A DNA stretch of 64,000 nt from Gammaproteobacteria bacterium. Its GTDB lineage: Bacteria; Pseudomonadota; Gammaproteobacteria; JABABF01. Location: the NCBI GenBank assembly GCA_965237805.1, contig OZ250153.1:800001-864000 (forward strand). Direction: 5' to 3'. Position 1 is the stretch's first letter. Each line of letters begins with the position of its first letter. The notes below the pieces were generated by a model. It saw only the letters and a program-made list of their open reading frames with translations, did no database searches and was not told the DNA's origin. The position numbers and the translations under genes were made by a program. Shown here piece after piece: positions 27,497 to 38,622 of this stretch.

Positions 27497-30059
27497 ACGC
27501 GCACGAGTGTTGTTCGTGTTGCCGCTGGCGCTGAGCTTGCTCGGCGTGTCGGCACTGGCATCGGCACAGAGCTTCACGATTGAGGATATCCGCATTGAGG
27601 GGCTGCAGCGGGTCTCCGCTGGTCTCGTTTTCTCGTTGCTATCAGTCGACGTCGGCGATGAAATCGACAACACTGCGCTGCGCGAATCATCGCACCGCCT
27701 GTTCGAAAGCGGTAACTTCGACGATGTGCAGATGTTGCGCGAGGGCGATGTGCTGGTCGTGCGGCTGGCCGAGCGCCCATTTGTCGTCGAGCTGACATTG
27801 GACGGCAACCGTGCAATTCCAACAGAGTCACTGGAGCAGGCCTTAGACAGTGTCGGCATCGGTGCCGGGGAAGTCCTCAAGCGCGCCACGCTACAAAACC
27901 TGCGTGAAGAATTGCTGCGGCAGTATTCCAAGCGCGGCTACTACCATGCCAAGGTCGTGATCGAGCTGGAACCACTATCGCGCAACCGCGTCGTCATTGA
28001 CATCGCAATCGACGAGGCTAAGGCGGCTAAAATCCGGCGCATCAAACTGTTCGGCAACCGCAAATTCAGCGAGCGAGATCTGCTCCGAGAATTCGACAGC
28101 CGTATCGCCTCGCCGCTGACGCTGTTTGGCAAAAAGCACCTCTATTCGCGCGACACACTGGGCGCGGACTTGGACAAGCTGTCCGACTATTATCGCAATC
28201 GCGGTCACCTCGATTTCACGCTCGAATCGGTGCAGGTGTCGGTGACTCCAAACCGACGAGGCGTCTATATTGATATCAGCATCACCGAGGGCGAGTTGTA
28301 TCACGTCAGTGCGGCCTCTCTGGCTGGCGAGCTCATCCTGCCAAGAGAGCAGCTGGAAGCGCTGATAGGCATCGCTCCGGGCGACATCTATCGGGCCTTG
28401 GCTGTCACCGAAACCGAGAGCAAGATTACTGCCATACTGGGTAACTTGGGCTACTTGGACGCCCGGGTGCGCGGCCTGAGCACCCCAGCTCCAGAGCGCC
28501 ACGAAGTGGCGCTCTCCTTCTTGGTCGAACCGGGCGCACAAAAGCATGTGCGGCGCATCCTTGTCAGCGGCAATCGAAAAACTTCCGATGAAGTCATTCG
28601 CCGCGAGCTGCGAGTGGTGGAGAGCGCCCCGGCGGCACAGGCATCCATTACCAGCTCGCGTCAACAGCTGCAGCGACTGCCATACTTCCGCAGTGTGGAA
28701 ATCACCACTGAGCTGGTGCCGGAAAGCGAAGACGAAGTGGATGTGCTGATCAAAGTGGAAGAGGAATTCTCGGGCAGCGTCGGTCTGGGCATCGGCTACA
28801 ACTCCGCCTATGGCCTGCTCTATAACCTCAACTACCAACAGAGCAATCTGTTTGGCACTGGCACCGCCCTCGATGTTCAAGTCGATAAAAGCCGCTATGC
28901 ATTGGTGACCAATTTCGCCATCAACCAGCCTTACTTCACACCCAACGGTGTCAGCCGCTCACTGCGCTTCCACTATGTGGATCGCGATTTGAGCGAGATC
29001 AACGTCAGCCGCTACACCAGCATCAGCCGCGGCGGTGAACTCGGCTTTTCCTATCCGATTAACGATTCGGACCGGCTGTCGCTGTCGATGGGATTCAGCG
29101 CAACCGAATTGATCACTGGTCTCGCTGCGGCGCAGGAAATTCGCTCCTCACCAGCACTATACAGCGGTATCGACACCACATCGATCTGGGATCCCGCCGC
29201 CAACGGTGGTGCTGGCGAGCTGCGTACCGACCTCGATTTCAACAGTCTCACGGCCCCATTCATCGCCGGCTTCCTAGACCGGCACGGCAACCGCTACGAA
29301 GACTTTGCGCTAAGCCTCGGTTGGAGCCAATACCGCTTGGATCGTGGGCAGCTGGCCTCGAGCGGCTATGCCCAGAGCATTGTCTTCGAAACCACTTTTC
29401 CATTCAGCGACCTCAACTATTTCCGGCTACGCTACAACGGCGAGTACATCCAACCATTAAGCGACTCGCTGGCACTACGCGTGCGCACCGAGCTCGGCTA
29501 TGGCGACAGCTACCAGAGCAATTCGCAACTGCCGTTCTACCGCCACTTCTACGCTGGTGGTCTCAATTCGGTACGCGGTTTTGAATCCAACGCGCTGGGG
29601 CCACGCAGCACACCGGCGCGGCAATACCAACTCCAAGCACGGGATACCGATAACGATACCATCGTGGACACCAACTACTATGTGTTGGACAACAACACTG
29701 GCAAATTGGTGACCAATCAGGTCATCTCCAGTGACAGCCCAGCCCCCTATGGCGGCAATGTGCTGATCGAGGGATCGATCGAACTGCTGTTCCCGCTGCC
29801 GTTTTTGCGCGACCAACGCTCGGTGCGCGGCGGCCTGTTCCTCGACTTCGGCAATGTCTATGACACCGACTGCCGCCCGACACAGGCCCTGTGCTCAGAT
29901 GTGGATTTCGGCGAGCTGCGCTTTTCCCTCGGCATCGGCTTCACTTGGATCACCGCCATCGGGCCACTGGTGTTCAGCCTCGCCCGCACCTTTAACAAGG
30001 GGGCATATGAGCAAACTGAAGTCTTCGGTTTCTCCGTAGGCCGAGCCTTTGGGCTGTAA
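27477..30059 (+). CDS. bamA: Outer membrane protein assembly factor BamA
   Basis: Signal peptide, POTRA start F.I.DIRIEGLQRV, FYAGG..SVRGF, C-terminal F.FSVGRAF; start may be slightly downstream. Confidence 0.96.
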   Translation: MISCVYRRARVLFVLPLALSLLGVSALASAQSFTIEDIRIEGLQRVSAGLVFSLLSVDVGDEIDNTALRESSHRLFESGNFDDVQMLREGDVLVVRLAERPFVVELTLDGNRAIPTESLEQALDSVGIGAGEVLKRATLQNLREELLRQYSKRGYYHAKVVIELEPLSRNRVVIDIAIDEAKAAKIRRIKLFGNRKFSERDLLREFDSRIASPLTLFGKKHLYSRDTLGADLDKLSDYYRNRGHLDFTLESVQVSVTPNRRGVYIDISITEGELYHVSAASLAGELILPREQLEALIGIAPGDIYRALAVTETESKITAILGNLGYLDARVRGLSTPAPERHEVALSFLVEPGAQKHVRRILVSGNRKTSDEVIRRELRVVESAPAAQASITSSRQQLQRLPYFRSVEITTELVPESEDEVDVLIKVEEEFSGSVGLGIGYNSAYGLLYNLNYQQSNLFGTGTALDVQVDKSRYALVTNFAINQPYFTPNGVSRSLRFHYVDRDLSEINVSRYTSISRGGELGFSYPINDSDRLSLSMGFSATELITGLAAAQEIRSSPALYSGIDTTSIWDPAANGGAGELRTDLDFNSLTAPFIAGFLDRHGNRYEDFALSLGWSQYRLDRGQLASSGYAQSIVFETTFPFSDLNYFRLRYNGEYIQPLSDSLALRVRTELGYGDSYQSNSQLPFYRHFYAGGLNSVRGFESNALGPRSTPARQYQLQARDTDNDTIVDTNYYVLDNNTGKLVTNQVISSDSPAPYGGNVLIEGSIELLFPLPFLRDQRSVRGGLFLDFGNVYDTDCRPTQALCSDVDFGELRFSLGIGFTWITAIGPLVFSLARTFNKGAYEQTEVFGFSVGRAFGL

Positions 30060-30081
30060 AGCAAAGCGGTACACGCCACAG

Positions 30082-30090
30082 TGCTATAAT
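30082..30090 (+). promoter_or_regulatory. Extended -10 promoter upstream of skp-lpxD
   Basis: TGCTATAAT (TGn-TATAAT) in an AT-rich gap after bamA. Confidence 0.5.
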
Positions 30091-30181
30091 TATATTCTTG
30101 CTGTTGTGCTCCACACGTCATCCACGCACAGCTCGCCCACCTAGCCGAGCCCACCCGGCACGATCGCCAAGGCCATCGACG

Positions 30182-30811
30182 ATGTCCCACCGCCACACGC
30201 ACACCACGCACACCCCAAGCTCTGGTCTACCCCTCTGGGCCTGCATCGTCATGCTGGGCAGCATCGCTGTGACACCGTTGGCGTCGACCCAATCGCCACC
30301 ACCGCAGCAGCGTATCGCGGTGATCAATCTCGAGCGCGCTATTTATGCCACCAGCGAAGCCGAGCGCCGCATCGCCAAATTGCGGCGTGACGAGGAATAC
30401 AAGGATCAACGCGCCACCGTAGAGTCGCTGCGCGCAGACGGGCAGCGTTTGGTGGAGCAAGTGCGCAAGAATGAAGCGGTGCTCAGCGAAGCCCGCAAGC
30501 GCGAGCTGCAGCGGCGTATCACCACGGTGCGTGAGGATGTCGAGTACGCGCTGAAAAAGCTCCAAACCATGGAACAAACCGTAGTCGACGAGCTGCGCGA
30601 TGAAATGTCTGACAACGCCCAAGCAGCACTTGAACAACTGATGAAGGAAGAGGAAGTCAGCATCCTGTTACGTCGCCATCCCAATGTTCCAGTCATCCTC
30701 TATGCCGACTCAAAATACGACCTGACGCTGAAACTTACCGACATGCTCAACCGCACGGATAAGAGCCCAAGCCCGAAGGCATCCAAGGCTAAAAGCGGCG
30801 GCGATCAGTAA
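30182..30811 (+). CDS. skp: OmpH/Skp periplasmic chaperone
   Basis: Signal-like stretch, RIAVIN, long coiled coil, LYAD..DLT; lies between bamA and lpxD. Confidence 0.85.
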   Translation: MSHRHTHTTHTPSSGLPLWACIVMLGSIAVTPLASTQSPPPQQRIAVINLERAIYATSEAERRIAKLRRDEEYKDQRATVESLRADGQRLVEQVRKNEAVLSEARKRELQRRITTVREDVEYALKKLQTMEQTVVDELRDEMSDNAQAALEQLMKEEEVSILLRRHPNVPVILYADSKYDLTLKLTDMLNRTDKSPSPKASKAKSGGDQ

Positions 30812-30874
30812 AAGGGGCGAGCGGGCGTGGCATCCTATGTAGGCTCCCCCAAATCGACATCATCCACCATTGCG

Positions 30875-31891
30875 ATGCCCTTGTCGCAGCTGGCGGCCAT
30901 GCTGGACGCGCAATTGCGCGGCGATGGAGGATGCACGATCCACGGCATCGCCGCATTGGATCGAGCTGGCGCAGCGGAACTGAGCTTCTGCGATAGCATC
31001 CGCACACAGGAGGCCTTGGAACGCACCAATGCGGGCGCTGTCTTGATCACTGAGCAACTGGTACCGCTGTGCCGTGTCAATTGCCTCATCGTCAGCGATG
31101 TACGCTTGGCCTACGCCAAAGCCTCGCAATATTTCGCACCACCAATGCCGCAGCTGGGCGTGGCTACCAGCGCCACTATCGACCCGAGTGCCCAGCTGGC
31201 CACCGATGTCCAGATCGGCCCCCACTGCCACATCGCCGCCAACGCACACATCGGCGCACGCACCGTACTGGAGAGTGGCGCGGTCATCGGTTGCGACAGC
31301 CGCATCGGTGCCGACTGCCACATCGGCCCACACGCCGTCATCAGCCATGGCTGCCAGCTCGGCGAGCGCAGCAGTGTCGGTAGCGGCAGTGTGATCGGCG
31401 GCGACGGCTTTGGCTTCGCGTGGGCTGGCGAGGAGCAGCGTTGGGAGAAGATCGCACAGCTGGGACGGGTGATCATCGGTGACGATGTCGTGATCGGGAC
31501 GCTCAATACGATCGACCGCGGCGCGCTCAACGACACTATCATCGGCAACGATGTCAAAACTGACAGTCAAGTGCACATCGCACATGGGGTCGAGGTGGGC
31601 GCGCACTGTGCATTCGCTGGCCACGTCGTGGTGGCTGGCAGCTCCCACTTTGGCCCGGGCTGCATGATCGGCGGCCGCAGCGCCATCAACGGACACCTGA
31701 CAATCGGTGCCGGTGCCTCCATCACCGGTTGTAGCAATGTGATGCGCGATGTGCCACCGGGAGCGAAAATAAGCTCGGTACTCCCCGCCATGGGTGCAAC
31801 GAAGTGGTGGCGCTCTGTGGCCCTGTGGGAGCGCCTGCCGGAATTGTTCCGACGCATGCATGCCCTAGAGCGGCGTGCAGAGGCGGACTGA
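30875..31891 (+). CDS. lpxD: UDP-3-O-acylglucosamine N-acyltransferase
   Basis: Hexapeptide repeats, IGGDGFGFA, KIAQLG.V.IGDDV, TIDRGAL.DT. Confidence 0.95.
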   Translation: MPLSQLAAMLDAQLRGDGGCTIHGIAALDRAGAAELSFCDSIRTQEALERTNAGAVLITEQLVPLCRVNCLIVSDVRLAYAKASQYFAPPMPQLGVATSATIDPSAQLATDVQIGPHCHIAANAHIGARTVLESGAVIGCDSRIGADCHIGPHAVISHGCQLGERSSVGSGSVIGGDGFGFAWAGEEQRWEKIAQLGRVIIGDDVVIGTLNTIDRGALNDTIIGNDVKTDSQVHIAHGVEVGAHCAFAGHVVVAGSSHFGPGCMIGGRSAINGHLTIGAGASITGCSNVMRDVPPGAKISSVLPAMGATKWWRSVALWERLPELFRRMHALERRAEAD

Positions 31892-31894
31892 GCA

Positions 31895-32386
31895 ATGACC
31901 GTAGCCAAGGTTGACGACTTGCCATGGTCCACCTCGCAAATCGAGCGCTGGCTACTGCAACGCGATCCGTTCCTGTTTATCGATCGAGTGTCAGCCATTG
32001 AGCCGAGACAGTACATCCACGCTTCCAAGCAGATCTCGCACAGTGAGCCCTGCTTCCAAGGGCACTTCCCCGGACTACCGATCTTTCCGGCCGTGCTGAT
32101 CACGGAGGCCATCAACCAAGCCGTGACCGTTCTCGGCATGTTCTCGCTGGGGCGCGAGCCACGCGGCATGACAGATGCTGTTTATTTGGTCGGGATGGAT
32201 CAATTCCGCTTCCACCGACAGGTCGTGCCGGGCAACCGGCTGGACATCGAGGCGCATATCATCTCTTTCCGCCACGGCTTGTCCAAGGTGCGCACCGAGG
32301 CACATGTCGATGGAGCAAAAGTCTGCTCGGGGAACATTTTGGGTATGTTCGAGAACAAGAACACTGTACCGAGCGAGGCACTGTAG
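31895..32386 (+). CDS. fabZ: 3-hydroxyacyl-ACP dehydratase
   Basis: R.PFLFIDRV, FQGHFP..PIFP.VLI.EA..Q; synteny. Confidence 0.92.
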   Translation: MTVAKVDDLPWSTSQIERWLLQRDPFLFIDRVSAIEPRQYIHASKQISHSEPCFQGHFPGLPIFPAVLITEAINQAVTVLGMFSLGREPRGMTDAVYLVGMDQFRFHRQVVPGNRLDIEAHIISFRHGLSKVRTEAHVDGAKVCSGNILGMFENKNTVPSEAL

Positions 32387-32392
32387 CGCATC

Positions 32393-33196
32393 ATGACCAC
32401 CATCCACCACAGTGCAATCGTCGATGCCAAAGCTGAATTGGAAGACCATGTCAGCGTTGGACCGTTTTGCTATATCGGCCCGGGTGTGCGCATCGGTAGC
32501 GGCACGCGCATCGTCTCCCATGTCATGATCGACGGCGATGTCCAGATCGGTCGCGACAACGAGATCCATCCCCAAGTCGTGCTGGGCGGCACGCCGATCG
32601 ACTACAAGTACAAGGGCTCGCGCACCAAGTTGGAAATCGGCGATCGCAATCTGTTGCGTGAGCAAGTCACCGTGCATCCGGGTACCGAGTCCGGCGGCGG
32701 CATCACGCGCATCGGTAACGACAACCTGCTGAGCGTCGGCAGCCATGTCGGACACGACTGCCAGCTCGGCAACGACATCCGCATGGTCTTCGGCTCGCCA
32801 TTGGCTGGCCATGTCATCGTCGATGACGGGGCCGTGATCGGCGTGCACAGCAAGATCGCTCCCTTCATCCGCATCGGCACCTACAGCTACTGCGGTCCGT
32901 CCACCGATATCTACCAAGATGTGCCGCCCTATCATCGCGTCACCGCCCCACCGACCCGGGTGTTGGATATCAATGCGGCCGGAGTCGAGCGCGGCGGGCT
33001 CGACAGCGAGGCATCGGCATTGCTTAAACAGGCGCACAACATCATCTACCGAGACGATCATCTGTTCCAAGACGCGCTCGAAGCATTGCAACAGCTAGTG
33101 ACCGAAAACCCACAGCAGCAGTGCTTGGTCACCCTGCAAGAATTCCTCTCCCAAGGTGCCAAGACCGGGCGCGCATTGATGCGACCGCGCCGCTAA
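32393..33196 (+). CDS. lpxA: Acyl-ACP-UDP-N-acetylglucosamine O-acyltransferase (divergent)
   Basis: Hexapeptide repeats, HVGHDC, LAGHV, QDVPPY; lies between fabZ and lpxB. Confidence 0.92.
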   Translation: MTTIHHSAIVDAKAELEDHVSVGPFCYIGPGVRIGSGTRIVSHVMIDGDVQIGRDNEIHPQVVLGGTPIDYKYKGSRTKLEIGDRNLLREQVTVHPGTESGGGITRIGNDNLLSVGSHVGHDCQLGNDIRMVFGSPLAGHVIVDDGAVIGVHSKIAPFIRIGTYSYCGPSTDIYQDVPPYHRVTAPPTRVLDINAAGVERGGLDSEASALLKQAHNIIYRDDHLFQDALEALQQLVTENPQQQCLVTLQEFLSQGAKTGRALMRPRR

Positions 33197-33204
33197 GGCG
33201 AGAA

Positions 33205-34410
33205 ATGACGGTGCCCCCTCCGGCAGTGGCACCACATCGCCCAGCCCAAGGGCGGGGCGGCGGTGATACGACCGAGCGCAGCCCGACCATCATGCTGGTC
33301 GCTGGCGAAGTGTCCGGCGACCAGCGCGGCGCAGAGCTGGCGGACGCGCTACGGCACATCGTCCCGCAGGCAGAGCTCTTCGGCATCGGCGGCGGCGCAA
33401 TGCGCGAAGCCGGTGTGCGGACACTCATCGACATCGAGGAATTGAGTGCAGCTGGCCTGGTCGAGGCGCTGGGCAAACTGCCGCGCCTCGGCCGTACACT
33501 GCGGCGCGCCAAAGCCATGCTGGCACAGCACAGGCCAGCGCTACTGATCTTGGTCGACTACCCCGGCTTCAACCTGAAGCTGGCGGGCGCGGCACGCAGG
33601 CACGGTATCAAAGTGCTGCACTATATCGGGCCGCGGGTGTGGGCATGGCGGCCGTGGCGCACCCGCACGGTCGCCGCCTACGTCGACCAGCTAGCGGTCA
33701 TCTTCCCCTTCGAGGTGGAGTTCTACCGCCGCCACGGTGTGGTCGCGCACTATGTCGGTCAACCTCTACTCAAGCTGATGGACGCCGTGCCGGATACCGT
33801 GCAGGCACGCGAATCGCTCGGCATCGAAACGGGCCGCCGGGTCGTCACGCTGATGCCGGGTAGCCGCGCTTTGGAATACCAGCGGCTGCTGGCACCGATG
33901 TTGCGCAGTGCCACATTGCTGCGGGAACGGCATGAGGACTTGGAATTCTTGTTGGCGCTGGCCCCGTCGATCCCCCGCCAGACGCTGGAGCCGATCTTGG
34001 CACGCCATCCGGTGCCGGTGCGTATCATCGACAACACCACGCATCTGGCCATGAGCTGTGCCGACGCGATGATCATCGCCTCCGGTACCGCCAGCACCGA
34101 GGCAGCGCTATTGGGCAAAGCCATGGTGGTCGTCTACAAAGCGCACTGGCTGACGTCGGCTATCGCTCGGAGATTGATTACCGTGCCCTATGTCAGCATG
34201 TGCAACCTGCTGGCTGGCGAGGCCGTGGTCAAGGAGCTGCTACAAGGGGATGCCTCGCCGCAAAACATCGCCGCCGAGATCACACGGCTATTGGACGAAG
34301 CCCCATACCGCAACACGATGATCACCAAACTCAACGCGATGCGAGCACAGCTGGGCAGCGAAGACGCAGCCGAAAATGTCGCACGGATGGCGCGCGACAT
34401 GATCGGCTGA
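33205..34410 (+). CDS. lpxB: Lipid-A-disaccharide synthase
   Basis: AGEVSGD, DYPGFN, P.VWAWR, PGSR..E, SGTA..E. Confidence 0.96.
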   Translation: MTVPPPAVAPHRPAQGRGGGDTTERSPTIMLVAGEVSGDQRGAELADALRHIVPQAELFGIGGGAMREAGVRTLIDIEELSAAGLVEALGKLPRLGRTLRRAKAMLAQHRPALLILVDYPGFNLKLAGAARRHGIKVLHYIGPRVWAWRPWRTRTVAAYVDQLAVIFPFEVEFYRRHGVVAHYVGQPLLKLMDAVPDTVQARESLGIETGRRVVTLMPGSRALEYQRLLAPMLRSATLLRERHEDLEFLLALAPSIPRQTLEPILARHPVPVRIIDNTTHLAMSCADAMIIASGTASTEAALLGKAMVVVYKAHWLTSAIARRLITVPYVSMCNLLAGEAVVKELLQGDASPQNIAAEITRLLDEAPYRNTMITKLNAMRAQLGSEDAAENVARMARDMIG

Positions 34411-34414
34411 GCGC

Positions 34415-35032
34415 ATGGCCGAGATGTCGAAAAGGGCGGCGTGTCGGGGTGTCCCCCAGCGCCCAGACGATGGCACGCTGATCGCAGGTGTCGACGAAGC
34501 TGGCCGTGGTGCCCTCATCGGCCCAGTGGTCGCCGCCGCCGTCATCCTGCTGCCAGCGCGGGGGCTGGCGGGTCTCGCTGACTCCAAGCGCTTGACTCCG
34601 CTACGGCGACAACAGCTGGCCGATCGTATCCGCGAGCGCGCGCTGAGTTGGGGCTTGGGACGAGCCAGCGCGGGTGAAGTAGATCGTCTCAACGTGCTAC
34701 AAGCCAGCCTGTTGGCGATGCGGCGCGCCATCGCGCAGCTACGGTTTGCGCCCGGGCAGATCTGGGTAGACGGCCAGCACTGCCCCGTGCCCGGCACGAC
34801 TTGCCGGGCCATCATCGGCGGCGACGCACTGGTCGCCGAGATCAGCGCGGCCTCAATCTTGGCCAAGGTGGCGCGCGACGCCGACATGCTGGAGCTGCAC
34901 CGGCGCTTCCCCGGCTACGACTTGGAACGGCATAAGGGATACCCGACTACCGCGCACCGCCGTGCTCTGGCCACACTCGGCCCCTGCCCCGAACACCGGC
35001 GCAGTTTCGCCCCGGTGCGCGCTCTGGTTTGA
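34415..35032 (+). CDS. rnhB: Ribonuclease HII
   Basis: [33 protein letters not shown]. Confidence 0.97.
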   Translation: MAEMSKRAACRGVPQRPDDGTLIAGVDEAGRGALIGPVVAAAVILLPARGLAGLADSKRLTPLRRQQLADRIRERALSWGLGRASAGEVDRLNVLQASLLAMRRAIAQLRFAPGQIWVDGQHCPVPGTTCRAIIGGDALVAEISAASILAKVARDADMLELHRRFPGYDLERHKGYPTTAHRRALATLGPCPEHRRSFAPVRALV

Positions 35033-35091
35033 CCTCGGCATGTGGCTGGCCGATAATCTGACACTGGTACAGTGCGCGATATCGCGACGGC

Positions 35092-38000
35092 ATGTCGGTT
35101 CAGTTTGTTCACCTTCGCGTCCATTCCGAATACTCGCTGAGCGATGGCCTGCTGCGCCCCGAGGCGCTGCCGGGGCAAGCGGCGGCGCTCGGCATGCCAG
35201 CGGTCGCGCTGAGCGACCTCGGCAACCTCTTCGCCATGGCCCGCTTCCACCGTGCGGCGGTCGCGTGCGGCGTCAAGCCGATCATCGGCATCGATTTCTG
35301 GGTGTGCCCACCGCGCCAAGAGCGGCTGAGCCGTTGCACACTGCTGGCACGCAACGAGCTCGGCTACCGCCAGCTGGTCTCTCTGTGTAGCCGCGCTTGG
35401 CTCGAGGGAACGCGGGGTGCGGCGGGCGAAGCGCGCAACGGCGCGCTGCGCTGGGAGTGGCTAGAGGATAGCTGCAATGGCCTCATCGCCCTGTGTGGTG
35501 GCATGCGCGGTGAGATCGGACGCGCCCTGATCGAAGGGCACCAAGCGCAGGCGCGCGGCGCGCTGGATCGTTGGCAGCAACGCTTCCCAGGCAATTTCTA
35601 TCTCGAGCTCTGCCGCACCGGGCGGGCTGGAGAAGATGCACATGTGGCACTCAACTCGACCTTGGCAGTGCAGGCTGGATGCCCACTGGTGGCGAGCAAC
35701 GAGGTGCGCTTCCTGAAGCGTGAGGACTATGGTGCCCACGAGACACGGGTGTGCATCGCCGAGAGCACCACCCTCAACGACCCCGACCGCCTGTCGCGGC
35801 ACAGTGAATCACAGTATCTGCGCTCGCCCCAAGAAATGGCCGAGTTATTCGCCGATGTGCCGGAGGCGCTGGCAAACAGCGTCGAAATCGCCCGGCGCTG
35901 CAATGTATGGTTGCCCACTGGCCCCCATCTGCCCAGCTATCCACGGCTGGTGCCAACACAGCAATCCGGGCAGCTGCTCGCCAAGATGGCCCACCGCGGC
36001 CTGCGCTTGCGACTCGGCCACGCTCCCAACGAAGCACAGCAGCAGCGTCTGAGTGAAGAGCTGGGGATCATTGAGCAGCTCGGCTACGCTGATTATTTCT
36101 TGATCGTCATGGACTTCACCCGCTGGGCTCGCAAGCAGGGCATCCCGGTCGGGCCCGGGCGTGGCTCCGGAGCCAGCTCGCTGGTCGCCTACGGACTGAG
36201 AATCACCGATATCGACCCGTTGCCGCACCAGCTGCTATTCGAGCGCTTTCTCAACACCGAGCGCGTCTCGCTGCCCGATTTCGATATCGACTTCTGCCAA
36301 GAGCGCCGCGATGAGGTCATCCAATATGTGCGCGATCGCTACGGCGAGAACGCTGCCGTACATGTCATCACCTTCAACCGCATGGCAGCACGGGCGGTGG
36401 TGCGCGATGTGGCACGCGCCCAGGGCAAGCCCTACGGCATCGGCGACCGACTGGCGCGCCTGATCCCACCAGCACCGAATATGACGCTGGCAGTGGCCCT
36501 CGGCGGCCAACAGGCCATCACCGCCAGCAAGTCCGGCAGAGCGCCGCCTGTGAACCAAGAGCTGAACCAACTGCTGGAACAGGATGCAGAGCTGCGCGCA
36601 GTGTGGGACACCGCCCTCGTCCTCGAAGGGCTGACGCGCAATATCAGCCGCCATGCTGGCGGTGTGGTGATCGCCGATGCCAATCAGATGAGCGCCATGC
36701 CGCTGTGCCGCGAGCAACGAGACCAAGCGGTGATGACCCAGCTAGACAAGGATGATTTAGAACAGCTGGGCTTTCTCAAATTCGATTTCTTGAGCCTGCG
36801 CACACTGACCGTGCTGGAATATGCGACACAGGCAATCAACGCCGAGCGCACAGCACGGAACGAGCCGCCGTTGGGCGAGCCACCGCTCGATGACCCAGCC
36901 GTCTACCAACTGTTGGGACAGGGCGAGACCACGGCGGTCTTCCAACTCGAGTCGCGCGGCATGCGGCAGCTGATCCGCAAGCTGCGGCCGCGGGAATTCA
37001 ACGATTTGGTGGTGCTGCTAGCGCTCTACCGACCGGGGCCGCTGGGGGTGGGGATGCACGAGACCTATGTGGAGCGGCGTAATGGCTCAGTCAGCTTCGA
37101 TTATAGGCCGCCCGAATTGCGCGAGATCCTCGAGGAGACCCAAGGGGTCATCACCTATCAGGAGCAAGTCATGCGCATCGCGCGCCAGCTGGCCGGTTAT
37201 AGCCTCGGTGAAGCCGACTTGTTGCGCCGAGCGATCGGCAAGAAAAAGAGCGAGGAGCTAGCAGCTCAGCGGGGAAAATTCACGCAGGGGGCAGTGGCAC
37301 GCGGGCACGACCCGAAGATCATCACTCAGCTCTTCGACCAAATCGAGCAGTTTGGCGGCTACGGCTTCAACAAGTCGCACTCGGTCGCCTATGCGCTGCT
37401 GGCCTATCACACCGCGTGGTACAAGACCAAGCATCCGGTACACTTTATGGCGGCAGAAATGTCGGTCGACATGGAGAACCACGAACGCCTGCACCTGCTG
37501 TCCATGGAATGCCGCCGCCTCGGCATCCGTCTGCTACCACCCGATGTCAACCACAGTGCGGCGCGCTTCCACGCCACCAGTTCAGGCGGCATCCGTTTCG
37601 GCCTCGGCGCGATCAAGAATTTCGGTCGCGGCGCGGCGGCGCAGCTGATCGCCACCAGGCAAAGCACTGGACCGTTCACGGATCTATTCGATTTCTGCCA
37701 GCGCATCGACTTGACGATGTTCAGCGCACAGAGCCTTGAGGCCTTGATTGATGCCGGTGCCTGCGATGTGCTCGGCGACGGCGAGCGCCCGATGTTGCGC
37801 GCCGCATTGCAGCATGCCATCGGCAGTGCTGAGCGGCACCAGCGCAACGCTGCGGTGGGCATGACCGACCTGTTCGGCGGCGGCGCGGTACCCGGCGACG
37901 GCGAGCCACCGGATGTCTACCGCGACTTCCGCACCGCCACCACCGACCCAGCGCATACGCTGGCAGCGGAAGCCAACGCGTTGGGGCAGCACCTCAGCGC

Positions 38001-38622
38001 CAATCCGGTCACGCTCTACCGACAGGAATTGAGCCAGCTGAGACCGCAGCCACTCGACTCCTTGGAGCGCAACCACCCCGCTTGGATCGTCGGCACCGTC
38101 GTCGATGTGCGCCTGCAGGGTTGGCGCAAGCGCGCTTTCCTCCAATTGGACGATGGCCGCGCCAGCGTCGAGCTCATCATCGACTCGGAGCTGTACCACC
38201 AACACCGACAGGACTTGCTTGAAAAACACCAAGTGTTACTGGTACGCGGCAACTTGGCGGCGGGTGGTAGCGTGCGTGCCGAGGCATTGCTCAGCATCGA
38301 ACAATGGCGCGCCCAGCGTGTTCATGCCCTGCGCCTACAGTTGTGCGCAGCGGACTGCGCCGACAGCTCGCTGGATCAATTGGAGCAGCTGTTGCGCAAC
38401 GGCGGTGCCAAAGGATCCTGTGCGTTGCTGATCAACTACAGCGATGCCGACCACGCTGTCGACTTGCGCATGAGCGAGGACTGGCAGCTCGACCTCAGCG
38501 ATGCGCTGTTGTTCGGCCTGCGCCAGCACTTGGGCGCGGAGCGCGTGGAAATGCTATTCAGCACACCGGTCTATACTAAGAGCATCCTAAATTCGGCAAT
38601 ATCGCCCGAACACGCACCGTGA
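35092..38622 (+). CDS. dnaE: DNA polymerase III alpha subunit
   Basis: [53 protein letters not shown]. Confidence 0.97.
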   Translation: MSVQFVHLRVHSEYSLSDGLLRPEALPGQAAALGMPAVALSDLGNLFAMARFHRAAVACGVKPIIGIDFWVCPPRQERLSRCTLLARNELGYRQLVSLCSRAWLEGTRGAAGEARNGALRWEWLEDSCNGLIALCGGMRGEIGRALIEGHQAQARGALDRWQQRFPGNFYLELCRTGRAGEDAHVALNSTLAVQAGCPLVASNEVRFLKREDYGAHETRVCIAESTTLNDPDRLSRHSESQYLRSPQEMAELFADVPEALANSVEIARRCNVWLPTGPHLPSYPRLVPTQQSGQLLAKMAHRGLRLRLGHAPNEAQQQRLSEELGIIEQLGYADYFLIVMDFTRWARKQGIPVGPGRGSGASSLVAYGLRITDIDPLPHQLLFERFLNTERVSLPDFDIDFCQERRDEVIQYVRDRYGENAAVHVITFNRMAARAVVRDVARAQGKPYGIGDRLARLIPPAPNMTLAVALGGQQAITASKSGRAPPVNQELNQLLEQDAELRAVWDTALVLEGLTRNISRHAGGVVIADANQMSAMPLCREQRDQAVMTQLDKDDLEQLGFLKFDFLSLRTLTVLEYATQAINAERTARNEPPLGEPPLDDPAVYQLLGQGETTAVFQLESRGMRQLIRKLRPREFNDLVVLLALYRPGPLGVGMHETYVERRNGSVSFDYRPPELREILEETQGVITYQEQVMRIARQLAGYSLGEADLLRRAIGKKKSEELAAQRGKFTQGAVARGHDPKIITQLFDQIEQFGGYGFNKSHSVAYALLAYHTAWYKTKHPVHFMAAEMSVDMENHERLHLLSMECRRLGIRLLPPDVNHSAARFHATSSGGIRFGLGAIKNFGRGAAAQLIATRQSTGPFTDLFDFCQRIDLTMFSAQSLEALIDAGACDVLGDGERPMLRAALQHAIGSAERHQRNAAVGMTDLFGGGAVPGDGEPPDVYRDFRTATTDPAHTLAAEANALGQHLSANPVTLYRQELSQLRPQPLDSLERNHPAWIVGTVVDVRLQGWRKRAFLQLDDGRASVELIIDSELYHQHRQDLLEKHQVLLVRGNLAAGGSVRAEALLSIEQWRAQRVHALRLQLCAADCADSSLDQLEQLLRNGGAKGSCALLINYSDADHAVDLRMSEDWQLDLSDALLFGLRQHLGAERVEMLFSTPVYTKSILNSAISPEHAP

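Noticed and set aside
30860-33091. Long antisense ORFs (30860..31861, 32075..33091 and many similar ones)
   Set aside because: They are shadows of well-identified genes in GC-rich DNA and show no motifs of their own.
35092-38622. Intein in dnaE
   Set aside because: Length (1176 aa) and motif spacing are normal; no splicing motifs seen.
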